From contig JBLDXI010000054.1 in NCBI GenBank assembly GCA_047495785.1, forward strand, positions 62,001 through 126,000: DNA of 64,000 nucleotides. Reading direction: 5' to 3'. Below the pieces are notes generated by a model. That model had not been told where the DNA came from and did no database searches. It was given only the letters and a program-made list of their open reading frames with translations. Position 1 is the first letter of the stretch. Every line of letters starts with the position of its first letter. Below are positions 51,667 through 60,607 of this stretch, piece by piece. Source of the DNA: Lepidodermella squamata (taxonomy: Eukaryota > Animalia > Gastrotricha). A program made the translations under genes and the position numbers.

Positions 51667-54449
51667 TGTAAGCAAACAACGACACCCTTAAGGCAACATT
51701 GATGTTTATTAAAACAAGGAAATAACCAGAATAAAGATCCATGGTACAAACGCGTGCTTATAACGCCAATGATTATCAATCAACGACTGCGCAATAGAAG
51801 CGTATCACAATAACGAGAACAATATCGAAATATCACAAGTGTTATACTGTTACACTATACCCTCCTTCAGGGTGAGCGTCGCTTCGAGAACGTGCGACAT
51901 GGGCCCGGCTTCCTGGGATACTCCGCGTGAAATTTCGCAACTAGCTCCGAAGAATTTTGAACATTTGAAGCAGGTTCCCAAGTCCGTTCCTCTGGGCCGT
52001 AGCCACGCCACTCAACCAAATACTTCAATTTTCCACGTTCGAACTTGGAGTCAACGATAGATTCGACTTCGAACTCTTCTTCGCCGTCAACTTCAACAGG
52101 CGGTGGCGGCGGCTGGGTTCGATTTTCGATGACATTAGCAATGAAAGGTTCCAACAAAGAAACATGTACCACCGGATGAATTTTTATCGAAGCAGGGAGT
52201 TGAAGCTTGACCGCACGATTTCCGACCAATCTTTCGATGAGAAATGGGCCCAGGTTCTTGAAATCCAACTTCCTTGAAGGTCGATTCGTAATTAAATTCG
52301 AGGCATTCAACCAGACCTTGTCACCCGGCTTAAAATCTGGTGCTTCTTGACGATGACGATCGGCGAATTTCTTGTAGTTTTGCTTAGCAATTTCAAGATT
52401 GGCTGGTCAAAACTTCAGACAAATCGCTTAGCTGCTTTGCTCGAAATTCGGCTCGAGGTACTTGAGTAGTGGACGGTGTCGTAAAATCGAAGCGAGGATG
52501 AAACCCGTAATTTGCGAAAAATGGCGAGGTTTTGATTGAATCATGAATGGAATTGTTGTAGCAAAATTCAGCGAAAGGGAGTAGCTCGAACCAGTTATCT
52601 TGTTGATAAGAACAGTAACAGCGTAGATATTGTTCGAGGCAAGAATTGACACGTTCCGTTTGCCCGTCAGTTACGGGGTGAAACGCCGTCGACATTTTGA
52701 CTTGGCAATTGAGTAATTCGAGGAATCTTTTCCAGAAATGCGACGAAAACTGTGTTCCGCGGTCACTGATGGTATCCTCCGGCAGACCATGGAGACGAAA
52801 AACTTGATTCGCAGACGGCTCCATTGTAGAAGCGCGGTAAGAAATTGCTGGTCGACGAGTCGGTTCACGTTGCTTTTCGGCACGCCGCTCGGACAGCCTG
52901 ATATCGATTCGATTGGCCTGGTCGGTCAACGCCTTCAGAGTAGTGCATGGTTCGCTGTAAGCCAACACATCCTTAATTTCGCCATTCAAACCAAGTCGAA
53001 ATTGGTGACGCAAAGCCGCATCATTAAAATCCAGATCCACGCTGATTTGATTGAATTCGGATGCGTAGATCGATACTGGCCGATTGCCTTGAACCAGTTT
53101 TTCCAACCGATACAGGGCCGTAGCCTTCCGATCAGGATCATCGAAGGCCGCAGCAAAACGAATTTTGAAGGTTTTCCAATCATCCAGAAAATCTTCCTTT
53201 TTCTCGATGAGCGGCGCAGCCCAGTCGCGAGCCGGGCCAGAAAGAAGTGACAAAACCAGGCCGACACAGAGCGGTTCAGTTGAGTAAATTGTCGGATTCA
53301 TTTTCAAATAGAGTTCGCACTGGTTCATGAAGCTTCGAAAAGATTTTCGGTCGCCATCGTAAGTCGCTGGTTTGGAGCCACGTCGTGGTTCGAAACTTGC
53401 CTTGGTGCCCTGAAGTTCCTTGAGCTGAACAGTTACAGCCGCAAGTTGGCTGGCGAGAGCTTCGACTTGCTCAGTCGTAGGTGCAGGCATCGACATCGCA
53501 CACCAATGTTGGGTAGGGCCAAAGACGATGAATTGATTCTGGTTATTTTGTAAGCAAACAACGACACCCTTAAGGCAACATTGCACAAGAAAAAAAATGG
53601 TCCGAATTCGGGGGATGCATAATTGATCTTTACAAGCAATTCTATCATCCGAATTCATACCCCTGGGGCCTGCTAATTCGGGGGGTTAACTATGTAAGGT
53701 CCGAATTTAGGGGTTAAAAATTAATTATTCTCATAGGCATAAATTCGGACCTTGACAATTAATTAATGCAATTTTTGAAAAAAATCTGTCAATATTCAAC
53801 GAATATTTTATAGTTTTAAAATGATATTTATTTTTCAAAATTCAAGTATACCTGGTTGTACCAGGCAACAATGGCTCCGAGACCCTATAAGGCAACCGGG
53901 GACATGGGTCAGAGATTCTCCACCCAGGAATACCCGGCAACCAGGAGTGATACTACCAACCAACACTATTACCAAGTTCCTTGCATGAATCTAAGTAATT
54001 GTCGCGTGTGAATCTATGCCAATTTTTCAGCGAGTGGACCTTCGTTCATGAATACGACTCGGACTCGGTGCCTAATTAGCATATGCACACATGAAATTTG
54101 ACAAAAATTCTGGAGTTTTTTATTTAATTTATCATCCCCTAATATCATACCGCCTAATTCGGGCGTTGCTCAATCAGTATGGTTTGAATTCACAGCTCTG
54201 AAAAAACAGCACTTTGCAACCCCCTGAGTTCAGGGCCTACCCCTGAATTCAGATGGAGCACCCCCTGATTTCGGACCGTATTTTTTCTTGTGTGATGTTT
54301 ATTAAAACAAGGAAATAACCAGAATAAAGATCCATGGTACAAACGCGTGCTTATAACGCCAATGATTATCAATCAACGACTGCGCAATAGAAGCGTATCA
54401 CAATAAAGTATAGAGTAGTGCCTGGCCAAGTCTTGATGTTTCCCTGACA
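51667..54449 (-). mobile_element. Ty3/gypsy chromovirus, internally deleted (gag fused to integrase C-terminal half and chromodomain)
   Basis: TG...CA ends, 5-bp TSD CAGGC, 3' LTR 51667-51854, 5' LTR 53549-54449 (interrupted), PPT GAAGGAGGGTATAG. gag from 53496; integrase motifs SDRGTQF, TDGQTERVN, GPF; chromodomain EFEVESI..KYLVEWRGY..TWEP. No PR, RT or RH. Confidence 0.92.
53584..54292. mobile_element. CMC/CACTA-type MITE inserted in the 5' LTR
   Basis: CACAAGAAAAAA..GGTCCGAA TIRs; 2-bp TG duplication relative to the uninterrupted LTR. Confidence 0.8.
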
Positions 54450-54829
54450 CAGGCATTTTGCCCCTCGACGCATCGTTGACCCGAAAAAAATGACTTTCTG
54501 ACAGACCCAGGAATTAGACCCAAATATCGGACCTCGCAGTCTATTTTTGGCATTTAAAGTGTTAAGGAACATATTCATCTCTATTTAAATAGAACATGAT
54601 CTCAGAGAACCAGTACGGCTTTCTATCCCGTCGAAAATGCGAAACGCAACTACTTTCATGCATATCAGCATTCATGCTTGATTTGGCTTCGATACAAATA
54701 CAAACAACAATTTTAATTTCACTTTCGAATTCGACAGGTTTACCCATAGCATAATCATTAAAACGTCCAATCCCAAACCCGAACAAGCGCTGTGTTGCGC
54801 AGCTCATGGTAGCAGAAATATTCTGGCGG

Positions 54830-55380
54830 AGAACGGAGAAGAGAAGGAATAAAGAGAGATTAGGTCAAGAAGACAGGGAGGGGGCCCGACGACAGGCGGT
54901 TATGGAGGACGACTACTGGCGACTTCACCGTTCACCAACTTTAACGCCTTGGATTTGCTCGCGGAGTGGCAGGACATGCCGGCAGGCATTCTTGGCGCAG
55001 CAGCTTAGATCCTGAGAGAACAACTGAGCAAGGCTAGGCAGGCGACAGCTCGAGTTCGGTGATGCGAAGGCGGTCTGTGAGGCGAACGTTAAGCATCGCA
55101 CGCATGCACTTGTTCTGGAGGACGTCGAGGCGGCGCAACTGTTGCTTTCCAGCGGACGAAAAGACGACGCAGGCGATCGAGCGAACTAGAGCGAGACAGC
55201 TGGCACGGCGCCAGCAGAAGGAGCGCCCAGGGCGCCGAACGATAGTGTGGTACCAGGAAAGGTTTTGCCCACAGCGGCTCAAGGCGCGGTTCACGTGGTG
55301 CTTCCACGATAGAGGGAGCCAAAGGTCGAGCGGTCCAGGCTCCTCACTGGTGGCGAAGAGGCATGGGTTCAATCACCAGA
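54830..55380 (-). mobile_element. 3' fragment of a LINE
   Basis: YHTIVR...LRRLDVLQNKCMRAML resembles the post-RT region of non-LTR ORF2. Confidence 0.55.
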
Positions 55381-57054
55381 ACCGCAACACCAATCATTCT
55401 TCTATACGCATTGAATGCGGCGTTTCTGGAACCGTATTAATCAAGCTGACAGGAAGACGTGTCGCTGACTACGGAGCTAAGGGCACAATCCTCGAGTGCG
55501 TACCTGCTGGTAACACCGCCAAGCAAATCCACCCGAGACCGCGGTTTCCTCCCTCCCGGTGTAGGACGCCATTCACCGGCAATCAAGATATGGCTACTCA
55601 GCACTCAGCAAGCAAAGGCTTGGGGCCATGGTTCGACCATCAAACATGGGAATAGTTGACTCATAGGCCTTGTGATGATACTAAATGCTAGTGTCGAAAG
55701 GCAACTTGCTTAAAAAAGAGTATGAGTATGAGAAATAAGTAGCCGAAAAATAGCTGATCACGAATGGCGAAAATTGCTTCAATAGCATACAAAAAGTTCC
55801 CAATCATGTTGACATTATAATCCAGGTTTTCTCAAACTGGGGGTCGCGAGGGTCGCCTGATGACTTTCGTAAAACTTTATAAAGTTTCATGAAAATCATC
55901 AGGCGAATATTTTGTTTCTTTTTTAGTTACTTTTCCAGGAATAGCGTTAGCTAAAGTTTGAAAGAAATTATGGGGGAAATGATTTAAATTAAGTGAATGA
56001 TATTTTATAACTTGGACGCTAAATTGAATTTTCCCACACTGAAAAATGGTGAAACGTAGAAAAATTGGCTAGAAGTCGCAGCCTGGTACAGATTTTTGAT
56101 TTTGGGGTCGCCAAAAATTGGAGGTTGAGAATTCATTCATTGCATCAACTGTGTTCCTGTACTCCAGAGGTACGGATCATGCGAGGGGTGTAGATTGGAG
56201 CTACCGTTTAAACGGCATGTTTCGGTGTGTCCAAGATAACGACACATAACTCGAACTTCAAACTTCAAACTTAACATCGAAAACGACGCTTATCCATGAC
56301 ATGCGATCAGGGAGCTCGCGCAAAACAATAGACCCCTTTTTTAGCGGTTCGTGTCGTTTTTAATGAAAATACCCTGGAAATGATGGATAGCACGTTAATG
56401 GACCGAAAACTTCGTGAAAATGGCATTTTTGTGAAAATCGCAGCCATATTGTTTTTAGCATAGTAAAGACTGCTTTCCTGACAATCACCATCTCGAATAT
56501 TTTCATCTCAAAGAATTGATATTTTTGATTTATTGATGTGAAATTGGAAATTGGTACAATATGTGAAATATATATTAAAAAGTATTCAGAGTATTCAGAA
56601 AGTCAGTTAAATGCCACTTATTTAATATTTCCATCCTGGCCAGCCTCAGAGACTGCGGCTGGACCCTAGCCGAATCCCTAGCGTACGTCCAACACTACTC
56701 GGGGGTTGTGGTCGTCAAATAAAACGGCATCGGTTTAGCCGTAACAGCTCCAGCGGCTCTTAGTGCGACTATAGCCCGAGTATTGCCGTATATCAACGCT
56801 AAATCAAGCGGAGCATAGCCTTCGTCATTCAGCGCATTAATATTAGCTCCAGCTGCAATCAACTCGGCCAAATCACCTGTGATTTCTCGGGCTGCGAGGA
56901 TGTGCAGAAGAGTATCTCCCTTGCGCAGTTTTCGATTGATATCGTACCCCTTGTCAATTAGAAACTTGGCAAAACCATCGAAGTCGAAGTATTTCGAAAT
57001 AAGGGTCAGACACGTGTCGTTGTTCTTGTTCTGAGAATTCACGTCCACTCCAGT

Positions 57055-60000
57055 CGAAAAAAATAGCACTCGCGCCGTAAAGCAGATCGTAGTTTTTAAC
57101 GGTGGACTACGGTGCCGGTACGGCGTGTTTAAGGCAGCACTTTTCCGCACCGTAGCATTTTCGAAATTCGAAATTTCGATGACAGGCGTGATTTTTCAAA
57201 TTATCAAAAATAACGGTGATAGAAAACTACCCTGAGAATAATTAAACAAATTGTCCCGTCTAAATTTCGCATAATCGTGGCGCTAGAAATTAATGTTCCA
57301 CGGAGTAACACTAATATCGTAGCATAAATTTCAAGCAGTTAATTCAGCGCTAAACACACTGTTCTGCGTCAAAAGAGCTTGAAAACTAACTTGGCAAGAG
57401 TCCCAGATAAGCGAGGATATTCGTGCACCATTTCCGCTGAATAGATCGTGAGGGACAGAATTTGAGACATTTCAGTCATCTAGCTGACTTCAGCTCAGCG
57501 AAACTAACAACGGTGCCCCCGCGATAAACCCCGCAGCATTAAGCACACAATTTGCGAATGAAGCCCCGGGAACGGCCTTCCAGGCGAACCAAACCCTGTC
57601 CCAATTGGATTCTCCGTCAGGGCGCCCTGGGCGCCTGAAGTTGCGAATGGAATAGCGGTTTTGGGTCATTTTGGCTGATTTCGGGCTTCCCTAGGCGCCC
57701 AAAGGAGTATCGCGGCCGGAATGCAATTGCATCAGATTGAAGCCCCGGGAACGGCCTTCCAGGCGAACCAAACCCTGTCCCAATTGGATTCTCCGTCAGG
57801 GCGCCCTGGGCGCCTGAAGTTGCGAATGGAATAGCGGTTTTGGGTCATTTTGGCTGATTTCGGGCTTCCCTAGGCGCCCAAAGGAGTATCGCGGCCGGAA
57901 TGCAATTGCATCAGATTGAAGCCCCGGGAACGGCCTTCCAGGCGAACCGGACCCTGTCCCAATTGGATTCTCCGTCAGGGCGCCCTGGGCGCCTGAAGTT
58001 GCGAATGGAATAGCGGGTTTGGGTCGTTTTGGCTGATTTCGGGCTTCCCTAGGCGCCCAAAGGAGTATCGCGGCCGGAATGCAATTGCATCAGATTGAAG
58101 CCCCGGGAACGGCCTTCCAGGCGAACCAAACCCTGTCCCAATTGGATTCTCCGTCAGGGCGCCCTTGGCGCCTGAAGTTGCGAATGGAATAGCGGGTTTG
58201 GGTCGTTTTGGCTGATTTCGGGCTTCCCTAGGCGCCCAAAGGAGTATCGCGGCCGGAATGCAATTGCATCAGATTGAAGCCCCGGGAACGGCCTTCTAGG
58301 CGAACCAAACCCTGTCCCAATAGGATTCTCCGTCAGGGCGCCCTGAGCGCCTGAAGTTGCGAATGGAATAGCGGTTTTGGGTCATTTTGGCTGATTTCGG
58401 GCTTCCCTAGGCGCCCAAAGGAGTATCGCGGCCGGAATGCAATTGCATCAGATTGAAGCCCCGGGAACGGCCTTCCAGGCGAACCAAACCCTGTCCCAAT
58501 TGGATTCTCCGTCAGGGCGCCCTGAGCGCCTGAAGTTGCGAATGGAATAGCGGTTTTGGGTCATTTTGGCTGATTTCGGGCTTCCCTAGGCGCCCAAAGG
58601 AGTATCGCGGCCGGAATGCAATTGCATCAGATTGAAGCCCCGGGAACGGCCTTCCAGGCGAACCGGACCCTGTCCCAATTGGATTCTCCGTCAGGGCGCC
58701 CTGGGCGCCTGAAGTTGCGAATGGAATAGCGGGTTTGGGTCGTTTTGGCTGATTTCGGGCTTCCCTAGGCGCCCAAAGGAGTATCGCGGCCGGAATGCAA
58801 TTGCATCAGATTGAAGCCCCGGGAACGGCCTTCCAGGCGAACCAAACCCTGTCCCAATTGGATTCTCCGTCAGGGCGCCCTTGGCGCCTGAAGTTGCGAA
58901 TGGAATAGCGGGTTTGGGTCATTTTGGCTGATTTCGGGCTTCCCTAGGCGCCCAAAGGAGTATCGCGGCCGGAATGCAATTGCATCAGATTGAAGCCCCG
59001 GGAACGGCCTTCCAGGCGAACCGGACCCTGTCCCAATTGGATTCTCCGTCAGGGCGCCCTGGGCGCCTGAAGTTGCGAATGGAATAGCGGGTTTGGGTCG
59101 TTTTGGCTGATTTCGGGCTTCCCTAGGCGCCCAAAGGAGTATCGCGGCCGGAATGCAATTGCATCAGATTGAAGCCCCGGGAACGGCCTTCCAGGCGAAC
59201 CAAACCCTGTCCCAATTGGATTCTCCGTCAGGGCGCCCTTGGCGCCTGAAGTTGCGAATGGAATAGCGGGTTTGGGTCATTTTGGCTGATTTCGGGCTTC
59301 CCTAGGCGCCCAAAGGAGTATCGCGGCCGGAATGCAATTGCATCAGATTGAAGCCCCGGGAACGGCCTTCCAGGCGAACCAAACCCTGTCCCAATTGGAT
59401 TCTCCATCAGGGCGCCCTGGGCGCCTGAAGTTGCGAATGGAATAGCGGGTTTGGGTCATTTTGGCTGATTTCGGGCTTCCCTAGGCGCCCAAAGGAGTAT
59501 CGCGGCCGGAATGCAATTGCATCAGATTGAAGCCCCGGGAACGGCCTTCCAGGCGAACCAAACCCTGTCCCAATTGGATTCTCCGTCAGGGCGCCCTGGG
59601 CGCCTGAAGTTGCGAATGGAATAGCGGTTTTGGGTCATTTTGGCTGATTTCGGGCTTCCCTAGGCGCCCAAAGGAGTATCGCGGCCGGAATGCAATTGCA
59701 TCAGATTGAAGCCCCGGGAACGGCCTTCCAGGCGAACCGGACCCTGTCCCAATTGGATTCTCCGTCAGGGCGCCCTGGGCGCCTGAAGTTGCGAATGGAA
59801 TAGCGGGTTTGGGTCGTTTTGGCTGATTTCGGGCTTCCCTAGGCGCCCAAAGGAGTATCGCGGCCGGAATGCAATTGCATCAGATTGAAGCCCCGGGAAC
59901 GGCCTTCCAGGCGAACCAAACCCTGTCCCAATTGGATTCTCCGTCAGGGCGCCCTCGGCGCCTGAAGTTGCGAATGGAATAGCGGGTTTGGGTCGTTTTG

Positions 60001-60607
60001 GCTGATTTCGGGCTTCCCTAGGCGCCCAAAGGGGTATCGCGGCCGGAATGCAATTGCATCAGATTGAAGCCCCGGGAACGGCCTTCCAGGCGAACCAAAC
60101 CCTGTCCCAATTGGATTCTCCGTCAGGGCGCCTTGGGCGCCTGAAGTTGCGAATGGAATAGCGGGTTTGGGTCATTTTGGCTGATTTCGGGCTTCCCTAG
60201 GCGCCCAAAGGAGTATCGCGGCCGGAATGCAATTGCATCAGATTGAAGCCCCGGGAACGGCCTTCCAGGCGAACCAAACCCTGTCCCAATTGGATTCTCC
60301 GTCAGAGCGCCCTGGGCGCCTGATGTTGCGCTCAGATTACATTATTTGGCTGAATTCAGCACTTGAGTCACCCTGAAAGTAAGCGAGTAAATTCTGTTCT
60401 GGCAGTTGGGACAGACCTCCAGGCCAGCATTTTCCAAGCTTTCGGCGTTTTCCTAGTTAATTTCCATTTTTACGAAATTTTGAAGATAGCACCGTAGCAC
60501 CGTGCTACGGTCTATTTTTCACCGTAGTGCTACTGATAGCACTAATCGTAGCATTACCGTACTGAGATCGTAGTAGTGTTATATGGGTGCTATCTTATTC
60601 GTATAAT
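57055..60607. mobile_element. Non-coding insertion carrying a satellite array
   Basis: Imperfect terminal IR cgaaaaaaatagcac / gtgctatcttattcg, subterminal gcaccgtagc motifs at both ends, possible GT duplication. Confidence 0.6.
57560..60330. repeat. 179-bp GC-rich tandem repeat, 15 full units plus ~86 bp
   Basis: gaagccccgggaacgg recurs at 57560, 57739, 57918 ... 60245 with exact period 179; units differ at only a few sites. Confidence 0.98.

Larger units (their letters stand above)
51270..54561. mobile_element. piggyBac-like non-autonomous element, right arm split by an LTR element
   Basis: TTAA on both sides. Left arm 51270-51435 is inverted at 51608-51666 plus 54455-54561. Confidence 0.85.

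Noticed and set aside
52393-53658. Domesticated PEG10/RTL-like gene
   Set aside because: Flanked by LTRs, a PPT and a TSD, with a second near-identical copy nearby; the ORF's N-terminal extension is just LTR and MITE sequence.
57560-60330. CRISPR array or hammerhead-ribozyme repeat
   Set aside because: Units are fully repeated with no unique spacers, there are no cas genes, the context is eukaryotic, and no CUGANGA core was seen on either strand.
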